Below, piece by piece: positions 10,150-19,660 of a stretch of 64,000 nucleotides of DNA. Positions within the stretch are counted from its first letter, which is position 1. Every line of letters starts with the position of its first letter. Made by a program: the position numbers and the translations under genes. Source of the stretch: an uncultured Friedmanniella sp. (GTDB lineage: Bacteria > Actinomycetota > Actinomycetes > Propionibacteriales > Propionibacteriaceae); the NCBI GenBank assembly GCA_964251895.1, contig CAXULL010000005.1, forward strand, positions 5,746 to 69,745, read 5' to 3'. Under the pieces are notes generated by a model. It was not told where the DNA came from and did no database searches. It saw only the letters and a list, made by a program, of their open reading frames with translations.

Positions 10150-11525
10150 GCGTCCCCCTCGACCCGCATCACGCTGGTCACGTCTCGTACGGAGGCCAGG
10201 TCGCGCAGGGCCTCCACCGTCGCACTGAGGGCGGAGTCCCGGGCCCGGTGGGTCACCGCCACGAGCTGGGCGTCGGCGCCCCGGCCGTTCTGCCGCACGG
10301 TCTGGATGGAGACGTCGTGCTCCGCGAAGACCTGCGCGATCGAGGCCAGCACGCCCGCGACGTCGGCCACCTCGAGCGAGAGGTGGTAGCGCGTCGTCAC
10401 GTCGCCGATCGGCGAGACCCGCCGCGCGGCGTAGCTCGACTCCCCCGGCCCGACCGCCCCGCGCACCCGGTTGCGGGCCACCGTGACGAGGTCGCCCAGG
10501 ACCGCGCTGGCCGTCGGCGAACCACCCGCGCCCGGCCCGTAGAACATCAGCCGACCGGCGGAGCGCGACTCGACGAACACGGCGTTGTACGCCCCGCCGA
10601 CCGCGGCCAGCGGGTGCGTGCGCGGGATCATCGCGGGGTGCACGCGCACCGACACGCTGCGACCCGAGCCGTCGGCGGCCTCCTCGGACAGCTGGCAGAG
10701 CGCGACCAGCTTGACCACGCAGCCGATCTCGCGGGCCGAGGCGATGTCGGAGGAGGACACGTCGGTGATGCCCTCGCGGTAGACGTCGGCGGCCGTGACG
10801 CGGGTGTGGAAGGCCAGGCTGGCCAGGATGGCGGCCTTGGCGGCGGCGTCGAAGCCCTCGACGTCCGCGGTGGGGTCGGCCTCCGCGTACCCCAGCGCCT
10901 GCGCCTCGGCGAGCGTCTCGGCGAAGCCCGCGCCGTCGGTGTCCATCTTGTCGAGGATGAAGTTCGTGGTGCCGTTGACGATGCCGGTGACCGCGGTGAT
11001 CTCGTCGCCGACCAGCGACTCGCGCAGCGGCCGGATGATCGGGATCGCGCCCGCGACGGCGGCCTCGAAGTAGAGGTCGACGCGGTGCTCCTCGGCCGCC
11101 GCGTACAGCGTCGCGCCGTCCTCGGCGAGCAGCGCCTTGTTGGCGGTGACGACCGAGGCGCCGTTCGCGAGGGCCGCGAGGATCAGGGCGCGGGCCGGCT
11201 CGAGGCCGCCGATGACCTCGATGACCAGGTCGACGTCGGGCCGGGTGACGAGGGCGTGCGCGTCGGTGGTGAACAGGGCGGGGTCGAGGCCGGGCCGCTC
11301 GCGGTGGGGACGGCGTACGGCGATCCCGACGAGCTCGAGCGGGCGACCGATCCGTGCCCTGAGGTCGTCGGCCTGCTCGACGATCAGCCGGGCGACCTCG
11401 GAACCCACGGTGCCGCAGCCGAGCAGGGCCACCTTGAGCGGACGGCCGGCGCCGGGTGCCGGGGCCTGGCTGGAGCGGGGCTCCGCCGAGGGTCTTACGT
11501 CCGCCCGCACGTCGAACACTGTCAC
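10146..11525 (-). CDS. hom: homoserine dehydrogenase
   Basis: NAD-binding N-terminus ([14 protein letters not shown]) and a C-terminal ACT region. GTG at 11525 lies 7 nt after AGGAG. The start is uncertain by a few codons. Confidence 0.92.
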   Translation of the reverse strand: MTVFDVRADVRPSAEPRSSQAPAPGAGRPLKVALLGCGTVGSEVARLIVEQADDLRARIGRPLELVGIAVRRPHRERPGLDPALFTTDAHALVTRPDVDLVIEVIGGLEPARALILAALANGASVVTANKALLAEDGATLYAAAEEHRVDLYFEAAVAGAIPIIRPLRESLVGDEITAVTGIVNGTTNFILDKMDTDGAGFAETLAEAQALGYAEADPTADVEGFDAAAKAAILASLAFHTRVTAADVYREGITDVSSSDIASAREIGCVVKLVALCQLSEEAADGSGRSVSVRVHPAMIPRTHPLAAVGGAYNAVFVESRSAGRLMFYGPGAGGSPTASAVLGDLVTVARNRVRGAVGPGESSYAARRVSPIGDVTTRYHLSLEVADVAGVLASIAQVFAEHDVSIQTVRQNGRGADAQLVAVTHRARDSALSATVEALRDLASVRDVTSVMRVEGDA

Positions 11526-11741
11526 CGAGGATCTCCTGCACCGGTTGGCACCGCCCGAAGGTCGCGGCGGGGCAATTGTTCCGCATCGGCGCCTCGCCCA
11601 CGGCCCGCGTTCCACAGTCCGGCGGCGCCGAGCCGCCCCGCGGCACGTTCTTCTTGCGGGAAGTGGTCGGTCCGGGCCGCTTTCTTCGCCGGATCCGGGC
11701 TCGGACCGACCACCTTCCCGGTGAGGCTCGAGGCCCCCGGA

Positions 11742-13142
11742 CTAACCGACGTCGAGGGCCATCAGGTCGTCGAGCGTCTCGCGCCGGACCAGCGTCGAGA
11801 TCTCCCCGTCGCGCACGGAGACGACCGGCGGGCGCGGGACGTGGTTGTAGTTGCTCGCCATGCTGCGGCTGTACGCGCCGGCCGCCGGGACCGCGACCAG
11901 GTCGCCGGGGGCGATGTCGGCGGGCAGGAACTCGTCGCGCACGAGGATGTCGCCGCCCTCGCAGTGCTTGCCGACCACCCGGGCCAGCGTCGGCGGCGCG
12001 TCCGAGCGGCGCGACGCGAGGGTCGCCGAGTACTCGGCGGCGTACAGCGCCGTGCGGATGTTGTCGCTCATCCCCCCGTCGACGGCGACGTAGAGCCGGC
12101 TGGCGCCGCCGTCGAGCTGCACCCGTTTGACGGTCCCCACGGTGTAGAGCGCGAACCCGGCCGGCCCGCTGATCGAACGTCCGGGCTCGATCGAGAGCTG
12201 CGGGACCGCGATGCCGAGCGCGTCGCACTCGGTCCGCACGATCCGGTTCAGCGCGGCCGCGAGGGCGGCGGGCGTCGACGGCGAGTCCTGGCTGGTGTAG
12301 GCGATGCCGAAGCCACCGCCGAGGTCGAGCTCGGGCAGCTCGGTGCCGTACGCCGCGGCGAAGTCGGCGTGCAGCCGCAGCGTGCGCCGCGCGGCCACCT
12401 CGAACCCCTCGGCGTCGAAGATCTGCGACCCGATGTGCGAGTGCACCCCGACCAGGTCCAGGCGCGGGTCGAGGTGGCACAGCTCGAGCGCCTCGGCCGC
12501 CGCGCCGCCCGCGATCGAGAACCCGAACTTCTGGTCCTCGTGGGCGGTGGAGATGTACTCGTGGGTGTGGGCCTCGACCCCGGTCGTCACCCGCACCATC
12601 ACGCGCGGGAAGACGCCGAGCTCGCCGGCCAGGTGCCCCAGCCGGCCGATCTCGTCGAACGAGTCGACGATGATCCGGCCCACGCCGGCCTCGAGCCCCT
12701 GGCGGAGCTCGGCGACGCTCTTGTTGTTGCCGTGCAGCCCGACCCGGCGCAGGTCGACCCCGGCCCGCTGCGCGACGGCCAGCTCGCCGCCCGTGCAGGT
12801 GTCGAGGCCCAGCCCCTCCTCGGTCACCCACCGCGCCACCGCCGTGCAGAGGAACGACTTGGCGGCGTAGTAGACGTTCCAGCCCGCGAACGCCTCCGCG
12901 AACGACCGGGCGCGCGCCCGGAGGTCGGCCTCGTCGATGACGTACGCCGGCGTGCCGACCCGCTCGGCGATCTCGGCGACGTCGAGGCCCGCGGCGGTCA
13001 GCACCCCGTCGACGTCCTTGCCGACCCCGGCGCTCCAGAGGCCGGGCAGCAGCGCGTTGACGTCGTCGGGGACGGCGAGCCAGCCCGGCGCCCGGGTGCC
13101 GGCGTCGGCGTGGATCGAGCCGGCGACGTGGGTGTGGGTCAT
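11742..13142 (-). CDS. lysA: diaminopimelate decarboxylase
   Basis: Internal ATG at 13142 (MTHTHVAG...) and PLP-fold III decarboxylase motifs (YAAKSF, HSHIGSQ, EPGRS, GAYS). Confidence 0.94.
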   Translation of the reverse strand: MTHTHVAGSIHADAGTRAPGWLAVPDDVNALLPGLWSAGVGKDVDGVLTAAGLDVAEIAERVGTPAYVIDEADLRARARSFAEAFAGWNVYYAAKSFLCTAVARWVTEEGLGLDTCTGGELAVAQRAGVDLRRVGLHGNNKSVAELRQGLEAGVGRIIVDSFDEIGRLGHLAGELGVFPRVMVRVTTGVEAHTHEYISTAHEDQKFGFSIAGGAAAEALELCHLDPRLDLVGVHSHIGSQIFDAEGFEVAARRTLRLHADFAAAYGTELPELDLGGGFGIAYTSQDSPSTPAALAAALNRIVRTECDALGIAVPQLSIEPGRSISGPAGFALYTVGTVKRVQLDGGASRLYVAVDGGMSDNIRTALYAAEYSATLASRRSDAPPTLARVVGKHCEGGDILVRDEFLPADIAPGDLVAVPAAGAYSRSMASNYNHVPRPPVVSVRDGEISTLVRRETLDDLMALDVG

Positions 13143-13313
13143 GGGGTTCGGGTTCCTCGCGGGCTCTCGGCAGCAGGCGTCGGTCGCCCACGGGTCGTTC
13201 ACGGTGCTCAAGACTGGTCACGCAGCGCGACCCGGGTGGCCGCGCTGGTACATTCTTCTCTGGTCCCAGGCCGGGACGCGCGTCAGCACGGCAGCACGAG
13301 ACGCGTGATCCGA

Positions 13314-13388
13314 GCCCCCGTAGCTCAGGGGATAGAGCACCGCCCTCCGGAGGCGGTGGCGCAGGTTCGAATCCTGCCGGGGGCGCCA
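13314..13388 (+). tRNA. tRNA-Arg (anticodon CCG), CCA encoded
   Basis: Cloverleaf folded by hand: acceptor GCCCCCG/CGGGGGC, D arm GCTC-AGGGGATA-GAGC, anticodon arm CCGCC-CTCCGGA-GGCGG, T arm GCAGG-TTCGAAT-CCTGC, then G-CCA. Confidence 0.92.
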
Positions 13389-13442
13389 TCATCCTGCTTC
13401 GTCACGGGTACGGCGGCGAGGACCGCCAGACCCGTGCACCCG

Positions 13443-13477
13443 CGACCTCGGACCGATCCGGCCGGACACCGAGGTCG
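13443..13477. terminator. GC-rich stem-loop between convergent tRNA-Arg and the ANTAR gene
   Basis: CGACCTCGG-N17-CCGAGGTCG (9-bp stem) with no clear U-tract. Confidence 0.3.
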
Positions 13478-13514
13478 TGGACGGGCTCCTCGGAGCTACC
13501 CGTCCCACCTCAGG

Positions 13515-14219
13515 TCAGCGGAGGGCTCCGGGCAGGTCTCCCGTGCGTACGAGGTCCTCTGCCACGCCACGGAGCTTGCGACCGGTGTGCTGCGATGCTC
13601 TGGTCAGCAGCGTGAACGCCTGGTCCGGGGTGAGCTTGTGCCTCTCCATCAGGATGCCCTTGGCCTGCTCGATGGCGGCGCGGGTGGCCATCGCGGCCCA
13701 CATGTTGGCCGTCTCCTCCGCCGAGGTGGCGGCCGCAGAGGCGTTGCTCGCCGCGTAGGCGACCCACGGGGCGACCGCCGTCGCGACCGCGACGTCCTCC
13801 TCGCTGAAGGCGTGCGTGCGCGTCGCGTAGTTGTTCATCGCGCCCAGCGTCGCCGACTGGAACGGCAGCGGCATCGACAACGAGCTGCCGACCCCGCGGT
13901 CGGCGGCGTGCTGGGCGTAGTCGGGCCAGCGCTCCTCGTGGCGCATGTCGTCGACGAGGAAGACCTGGCCGCAGCGACCTGCGTCGACGCAGGGGCCGTA
14001 GTCACGCTGGTACTGCAGCTCGTCGGCGTCGAGGGCCATCTGGCCGTCGTAGGAGGCCGTGAAGGGCTGCTCGTTCTTGATCAACGTGATCGACACCGCG
14101 TCGGCCCCGGGCATACCGCGACGTGCGATCACGGTGATGTCGGTCAGCACGTCGGTCAGGTCACGGCCGACCAGGGTGACTGCGGCCAGCTCCTCGTGCA
14201 ACGTGGTCAGGTCCGTCAT
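13515..14219 (-). CDS. GAF plus ANTAR domain RNA-binding regulator
   Basis: 234 aa. The C-terminus, AIEQAKGILMERHKLTPDQAFTLLTRASQHTGRKLRGVAEDLV, is a typical ANTAR helix bundle. The N-terminal 150 aa are GAF-like. RBS GGAGGA precedes the ATG. Confidence 0.8.
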   Translation of the reverse strand: MTDLTTLHEELAAVTLVGRDLTDVLTDITVIARRGMPGADAVSITLIKNEQPFTASYDGQMALDADELQYQRDYGPCVDAGRCGQVFLVDDMRHEERWPDYAQHAADRGVGSSLSMPLPFQSATLGAMNNYATRTHAFSEEDVAVATAVAPWVAYAASNASAAATSAEETANMWAAMATRAAIEQAKGILMERHKLTPDQAFTLLTRASQHTGRKLRGVAEDLVRTGDLPGALR

Positions 14220-14400
14220 GTTCTGGTCCTCCGGAAGATCTCGGTGCGCCCGTCGGGCATCTGCCGCCGACGCGCTCCGAGATGGTGTGCCCCTGGACAG
14301 GAGCCGCGCAGAGGGACCTTGGCCTGCCCTGAGATCCGGCGTGACACGCAGAACCCTATTCCCTGGAGCCTCAGCGGGCGGCCAGGAAGGAAACCCGTGG

Positions 14401-15249
14401 TCAGGAGTCCTTGAGGTCCACCCGCGCGATGCGGAAGCCGAGCATCCGCTGGAAGTGCCGGCACCCGTTGCTCAGGTGGGCGGGGCTGCTCACGTCCGCC
14501 AGGTAGCGCACACCGCGCTCGACCAGGCGCTCGACCAGGACCTGGGTCATGAGGTAGCGCGCATCGCTCTGCAGCTGGCCGGTGCCGAGCGTACGGAAGT
14601 AGGTCAGCGTCGCCCAGTCCCCGTCGACCGGGGTGACCGACAGGTGCACCGGACGGTCGTGCGCGTCGTACGCGACCAGCCAGAGCGGGTAGTCGAGCAG
14701 GTAGGAGTTGTCGGGGTCGTCGCGCCGGTACTCCTCGCTCGGGTGGTGACGCTCCTGCTCGTCCGCGAGCTCGACCAGCCGTCGCCGCTCCACCGGGTCG
14801 TGCACCTCGACCCACCGGAGGCCTCCGCCCAGGGCCTTGCGCACCTTGCGACGCAGGGTCTGCTTGGAGGGCCCGAGGGAGTACTCCGAGGCCTCCTCCG
14901 GCAGCACGAGCACGGCCGTGGCGCTGTGGATCACGCTGCGGCCGACGCGCGAGGTCCGGTGCAGACCCTGGCGCACGGCGCGGCCCTCGAGGTCGTCCGA
15001 CGGCTGCGCCACGAGCTGGGGCTGGCTGTAGAGGTCGACCAGCGCGGTGACGGCACGCACCGGCTGACGGGCGAGGAAGGCCAGACCCGGCCGGCCCTGC
15101 TCGACGTGGTCCTCGAAGTACTTCGACAGCCGGCGCTCCCGGTCGTCGAGCGTGGGCCGGACCTCCGAGCGCCCGGTCGGCGACGTGCGAACCGCGTCCA
15201 CAGATCCCCCTGACTCGTTCCACGCCCGCCCGCGTCCGAACTCGACCAC
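14401..15249 (-). CDS. hypothetical protein, GNAT/FemAB (CelD/BioF2-like acyltransferase) fold suspected
   Basis: 282-aa ORF with high GC3. The C-terminal half (LVAYDAHDRPVHLSVTPVDGDWATLTYFRT...YLMTQVLVERLVERGVRYL...FQRMLGF) resembles Acetyltransf_6-type proteins. The assignment rests on pattern recognition only. Confidence 0.45.
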   Translation of the reverse strand: MVEFGRGRAWNESGGSVDAVRTSPTGRSEVRPTLDDRERRLSKYFEDHVEQGRPGLAFLARQPVRAVTALVDLYSQPQLVAQPSDDLEGRAVRQGLHRTSRVGRSVIHSATAVLVLPEEASEYSLGPSKQTLRRKVRKALGGGLRWVEVHDPVERRRLVELADEQERHHPSEEYRRDDPDNSYLLDYPLWLVAYDAHDRPVHLSVTPVDGDWATLTYFRTLGTGQLQSDARYLMTQVLVERLVERGVRYLADVSSPAHLSNGCRHFQRMLGFRIARVDLKDS

Positions 15250-15518
15250 CGCCGGCGGCGCTCACCACTGAGGTTTACAGCGTAAACGAGATCGAGGCCG
15301 GCGGTCCCGCCGCGACCCGGGCCGTTTCAGCATGGCGTCCGCGTGTCCCCCGCGCCATGAAGAAGACACGATTCTTAACGCCGGTTCAGCCCCGCGGGCC
15401 CGGACGCAGCGCGCAGGCGCCCGCGCGCGGCGCCGCAACGGTCCGCGCACCTCCCGAGGGTGAGGGGGACGGCTCCTGCCACACTCACCGGCGACGTGAC
15501 CGCAGCGGAAGGACCCTC

Positions 15519-16829
15519 ATGACCAGCGCCGCCACCGACCCGACCGCGACGCTGCGTGCCGGAGCCGCCAAGGTCGACCTCACGCCCGGGCCCGAGCAGC
15601 TGCCCGAGCGCCTGCTCGGCGTCGCCGACCGGATCCACGCGCGGGCGCTCGTGGTCGACGACGGGCAGACCCGCGTCGCCCTCGTGTCGGTCGACGTCAT
15701 CGGGATCAGCACCGGGCTGTGGCAGGAGGTCGCGGCCCGGGTCGCGGTCGAGACCGGCATCGCCTCGGACCGCCTGCTGCTCCTCGCCTCGCACACCCAC
15801 AGCGTCCCGGCCGAGCTCGGCGGCGGCTTCGTCGACGCGATCGTGGCGTCGGTGCAGCACGCGGTCGCTGCGCTCCGACCCGTGACGCTGGCCGTGGGGA
15901 CCGGCGCGTGCCACGTCAACGTCAACCGCACGTTCTTCGACCCGGTGACGCACCGGTGGCGCGAGGGCCGCAACGACCAGGGTCCGTCGGACAAGACGGT
16001 CTCCGTCCTGCGCTTCACCGATCTCGCCGGGCTGCCGGTCGCCGTGCTCTACAGCTACGCGGTGCACGCCGTGGTCACCGGTCTGACCGACCTGATCAGC
16101 GCCGACATCCCCGGCGCGGCCTCCGAGCACGTGGAGCAGGCCCTCGGGCACGGAGCCGTCGCCCTCTGGGCGAGCGGCTGCGCGGGCGACCAGAACCCGG
16201 TGTTCTACTCGCAGACGCTCGACCTCCGCGCGCTGCGGATCGCCGAGCACGCCGCACGCGGGATCGACATCAGCAACGCGATGCCGGCGGGAGGCGAGGG
16301 GCTGGACCGCGACGACGCGCGGGTGGCGCGGCTGCTGGCCGACTCGCTGAGCATCGCGTCGGCCTTGGGGGTCGTGCTCGCCGAGGAGGTCCTCGCCGTC
16401 GCGCGCGACCGCTGCGACGCACCGCGGTCCTCGCTGCGCCTGGTCGCCGAGCAGCGCGTCGTGCACTCCCCCGGCCGTCGGCGCACGGACAGCGGCCGAG
16501 CCGGCCGGGCGGGCACGTACGTCGAGGACGCGCCCGTCCCGCTGCGGGTCGGGATGCTGAGGCTCGGCGACGTCGTCGTGGGCTCGGTCGACGCGGAGCT
16601 GTTCACCGAGATCGGCCAGCGGTTCCGCCGGGAGTCCCCGGCGAAGCACAGCCTCCTGCTCACGCTCTGCAACGGCCGCTCCCCCGCGGGCTACGTGGCC
16701 AGCAACACCGCGGGCGGCTTCCACACCTTCGAGGTCCTCTCGAGCCGTCTGCAGCCGGGCTACGCCGAGACGCTGATCACCGACACGCTCCTCGAGCTGC
16801 TGCACGCCACCGCGGCCGGGCCCGCGTAG
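15519..16829 (+). CDS. neutral/alkaline ceramidase-like hydrolase
   Basis: ATG at 15519 follows GGAAGGA. The N-terminus AGAAKVDLTP...RIHARALVVDDG...ASHTHSVP resembles the ceramidase N-terminal domain. The upstream part of track ORF 15357..16829 is probably non-coding. Confidence 0.6.
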   Translation: MTSAATDPTATLRAGAAKVDLTPGPEQLPERLLGVADRIHARALVVDDGQTRVALVSVDVIGISTGLWQEVAARVAVETGIASDRLLLLASHTHSVPAELGGGFVDAIVASVQHAVAALRPVTLAVGTGACHVNVNRTFFDPVTHRWREGRNDQGPSDKTVSVLRFTDLAGLPVAVLYSYAVHAVVTGLTDLISADIPGAASEHVEQALGHGAVALWASGCAGDQNPVFYSQTLDLRALRIAEHAARGIDISNAMPAGGEGLDRDDARVARLLADSLSIASALGVVLAEEVLAVARDRCDAPRSSLRLVAEQRVVHSPGRRRTDSGRAGRAGTYVEDAPVPLRVGMLRLGDVVVGSVDAELFTEIGQRFRRESPAKHSLLLTLCNGRSPAGYVASNTAGGFHTFEVLSSRLQPGYAETLITDTLLELLHATAAGPA

Positions 16830-16847
16830 GTCGGGAAGGCGTACGCC

Positions 16848-17873
16848 GTGGCGCTGCCCGACCAGGTCGCCGGTCTCGTCGCGGCGGCCGGCTACGGCAC
16901 CGACGACCCGCTCGTCGTCGGGGTCCAGCGGGCCGGCGCGCCGGCCGTGCTCTGCGCGAGCGGTCGTTCCGCCACGGGCGAACCGCTGACCGGCGAGACG
17001 CCCGTCTACACGGCGTCGCTGGCCAAGCAGGTCACGGCCGCCTGCGCGGCCCGGCTCGTGCGGCAGGGCCGGCTGGACCTCGAGTCGCTCCTGGCGCAGT
17101 GGCTGCCCGAGCTCCCCGCGTACGCGGCCGCCGTGCGCGTGCGCCACCTCCTCTCCCACACGAGCGGCCTGCCCGAGGTCGCCGACTTCGACGAGCTGCA
17201 CCGCGCGGGGCTCGACCGCACCACGGCCCGCGTCCTCGAGGCCCTGGTCGCCGAGCACCGGCTGGTCAGCCCGGCGGGCAGCGAGCACCGCTACAGCAAC
17301 GCCGGCTACGTCTGCCTCGCGGTCGTCGTCGGACGCGCTGCGGGCCGCCCGTTCCCCGACCTCGCCGCCGCAGACGTGCTCACCCCGCTCGGGATGGACC
17401 GCAGCCGGTTCTGGTCCGGTCCGGGCGCGCACCCGCCCGGAGCAGCGCCGCTCGACCCCGCGTACCCGGCTCCGCTGTCCCTGGGCGACGGCGGCCTGTG
17501 GTCGACCGCCACCGACCTGCTGCGCTGGAACCTGGCCCTCGACCGCGACGAGCTCGGTGTTTCCGCGCTCCTGCAGGCCCCCGGCCACCTCGACGACGGC
17601 ACGCTGCTCGACTACGCCTGGGGACTCGGGGTCCGCGAACACGCAGGCCGCCCGCTCTACCGCCACGGCGGACGGTGGGCCGGGCTCTGCGCGCAGCTCG
17701 TCCGGGTCGGCGGCCAGGGCTCGAGCCTCGTCGTCCTCGCGCTGGACGACGACGAGGACCGTGCGGGGACGCTCGCCACCTCGCTGATCGACCTGCTCGG
17801 CGCGCCTGACCTGCTCGGTGCGCCTGAACCGCTCGCCCCGCCCCCGACCGGGCGCCCCTCCTCGAGGGCGTGA
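16848..17873 (+). CDS. serine hydrolase, beta-lactamase/transpeptidase-like (class C fold)
   Basis: SxxK motif (TASLAK), YSN motif (HRYSNAGY) and HTSGLP. Confidence 0.8.
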   Translation: MALPDQVAGLVAAAGYGTDDPLVVGVQRAGAPAVLCASGRSATGEPLTGETPVYTASLAKQVTAACAARLVRQGRLDLESLLAQWLPELPAYAAAVRVRHLLSHTSGLPEVADFDELHRAGLDRTTARVLEALVAEHRLVSPAGSEHRYSNAGYVCLAVVVGRAAGRPFPDLAAADVLTPLGMDRSRFWSGPGAHPPGAAPLDPAYPAPLSLGDGGLWSTATDLLRWNLALDRDELGVSALLQAPGHLDDGTLLDYAWGLGVREHAGRPLYRHGGRWAGLCAQLVRVGGQGSSLVVLALDDDEDRAGTLATSLIDLLGAPDLLGAPEPLAPPPTGRPSSRA

Positions 17874-17934
17874 CGCTCCTTGCGAGACTGACGGGGTCCG
17901 GCGGCACCACGGCGGCGACGACCTCAGGAGACCC

Positions 17935-18780
17935 ATGCAGGCGCAGCAGGTGACCGACCCGGTCGTGTTCCACGGCGAGGGTCCCGTGTGGTTCCCGGGG
18001 TGGGGCGGTCTGCGGTTCGTGGACATGCTCGCCGGCGACGTCATGACCCTGCGCGCCGACGGGACGCTGGACCGGCGCCACGTCGCCGAGGTCGCCGCGG
18101 TCGTCCGTCCGAGGCTCGGCGGAGGTGCGGTGATCGGGATCGAGCGCGGGTTCGCCCTCGAGGACGCGGACGGGACGATCACCCGGCTCCCCGAGGTCTG
18201 GAGCGACCCCGGGGTCCGGATGAACGAGGGCGGCTGCGACCCCGACGGGCGCTTCTGGTGCGGCTCGATGGCGTACGACCAGACGAAGGGTGCGGCCAGC
18301 GTCTACCGGCTGGACCCCGACGGGTCGGTCGAGGTGGCCCTCGAGCGGGTCACCGTGTCGAACGGGCTCGAGTGGAGCCCCGACGGCACGCTCGCCTACT
18401 ACAACGACACGGAGACCGGGGAGATCGCGGTGTTCGACTACAGCACCGCGTCCGGCCTGACCAACCGCCGGACGTTCGCCCGGCTGTCCGGCCCGGGCGG
18501 GCCCGACGGCCTCACCGTCGACGCCGAGGGCGGTGTGTGGACCGCGGTGTACGACGGCGGTGCGGTCCTGCGCTACAGCCCCGGGGGCGTGCTCGAGGAG
18601 CGGATCGAGATCGGCACCCCCAAGGTCACGGCCTGCACGTTCGGCGGGGACGACCTCGACCAGCTCTTCATCACGACCTCCCAGGAGGACGTGGACACCG
18701 GCGCCGACCGCCTGGCGGGGTCGCTCTACCGCGCCGACGTCGGGGTGCGCGGCCGCCCCGTGCGCCCCTTCGCCGGCTGA
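17935..18780 (+). CDS. SMP-30/gluconolactonase/LRE family protein
   Basis: ATG at 17935 follows AGGAG. Sequence runs MQAQQVTDPVVFHGEGPVW...NEGGCDPDGRFW...SNGLEWSPDG...PDGLTVDAEGGVW... Confidence 0.85.
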   Translation: MQAQQVTDPVVFHGEGPVWFPGWGGLRFVDMLAGDVMTLRADGTLDRRHVAEVAAVVRPRLGGGAVIGIERGFALEDADGTITRLPEVWSDPGVRMNEGGCDPDGRFWCGSMAYDQTKGAASVYRLDPDGSVEVALERVTVSNGLEWSPDGTLAYYNDTETGEIAVFDYSTASGLTNRRTFARLSGPGGPDGLTVDAEGGVWTAVYDGGAVLRYSPGGVLEERIEIGTPKVTACTFGGDDLDQLFITTSQEDVDTGADRLAGSLYRADVGVRGRPVRPFAG

Positions 18781-18784
18781 GCGC

Positions 18785-19564
18785 TCACTCCTCGCCCACG
18801 GCCGCGCGCTCCCGCGCGACCTCCTGGACGAAGGCGTGCACCGCCCCGACGAACGGTCCCACCGCGGAGTACGGGACCCCGTGCGGCGCGTCCGGGAGCG
18901 TGACGACCGCGGCGGTCGGGAACGTGTCGGCGAGCGCCTGGGCCCAGCCGGCGGACACGAGCGGGTCGCGACCGCCGCGGATCACCAGCGTGCGGTGGTC
19001 CACCGCGTCGAGGTGCGGCTGGTCCTCGCGCCGGGCGGCGGCCCGCAGCCCCCGGAGCATGCCGCCCAGCCCCACCCGTGGGTAGTCGGTGGCGGCGATG
19101 AGCGTCATCCCGAGCCGCTCGCGGCTCCCGTCGAGCAGCAGCCGCCACGCCTGCCGGGGCAGCGAGCCCCGGCTCGGGTCGGGCGCCGGGCTGGTGAGCA
19201 CGACCGCCGCCACGCGGTCCGGGTGCCGCGCGGCGAGCTGGGTGACGACCTGGCAGCCGAGGGAGTGCCCGACGAGGACGGCGGTGCCGACCCCGACGAC
19301 GTCCATCCAGTCGCACAGCCCGTCGGCGAGCTCGACCATGGACAGGTCCCGTGCCGGACGGCTGCTGCGGCCGACGCCGGGCAGGTCGGGCGCGAAGACC
19401 CGGTGCTCGCGGGCGAACGCACGCAGCGCCGGCACGAGGTAGCGGTTCGACACACCGAGCCCGTGCACCATCACCACGTCCAGCGTCGACCCCTCGTCGT
19501 CGCGCCCGACGGTCCCCGAGCGGTCCGGGCCGGCGACGACCGACGCCACCTCCACCCCGTGCAC
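18785..19564 (-). CDS. alpha/beta hydrolase
   Basis: HGLG oxyanion motif plus nucleophile elbow GHSLG. The start is ambiguous: in-frame GTGs run from 19549 up to 19651, inside a 15-bp repeat tract. Confidence 0.78.
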   Translation of the reverse strand: MHGVEVASVVAGPDRSGTVGRDDEGSTLDVVMVHGLGVSNRYLVPALRAFAREHRVFAPDLPGVGRSSRPARDLSMVELADGLCDWMDVVGVGTAVLVGHSLGCQVVTQLAARHPDRVAAVVLTSPAPDPSRGSLPRQAWRLLLDGSRERLGMTLIAATDYPRVGLGGMLRGLRAAARREDQPHLDAVDHRTLVIRGGRDPLVSAGWAQALADTFPTAAVVTLPDAPHGVPYSAVGPFVGAVHAFVQEVARERAAVGEE

Positions 19565-19600
19565 CTCGTCGCGCCGCCGGCGGGCGCGCTGACCCCGCCC

Positions 19601-19660
19601 GAGCACCCCTCTCCGGACCACCCCTCGCCCGAACACCCTGCGCCCGAACACCCTGCGCCC
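19601..19660. repeat. four 15-bp tandem units (last two identical: GAACACCCTGCGCCC)
   Basis: Direct reading gives GAGCACCCCTCTCCG / GACCACCCCTCGCCC / GAACACCCTGCGCCC / GAACACCCTGCGCCC. The tract ends at the stop codon of the upstream hydrolase gene. Confidence 0.85.
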
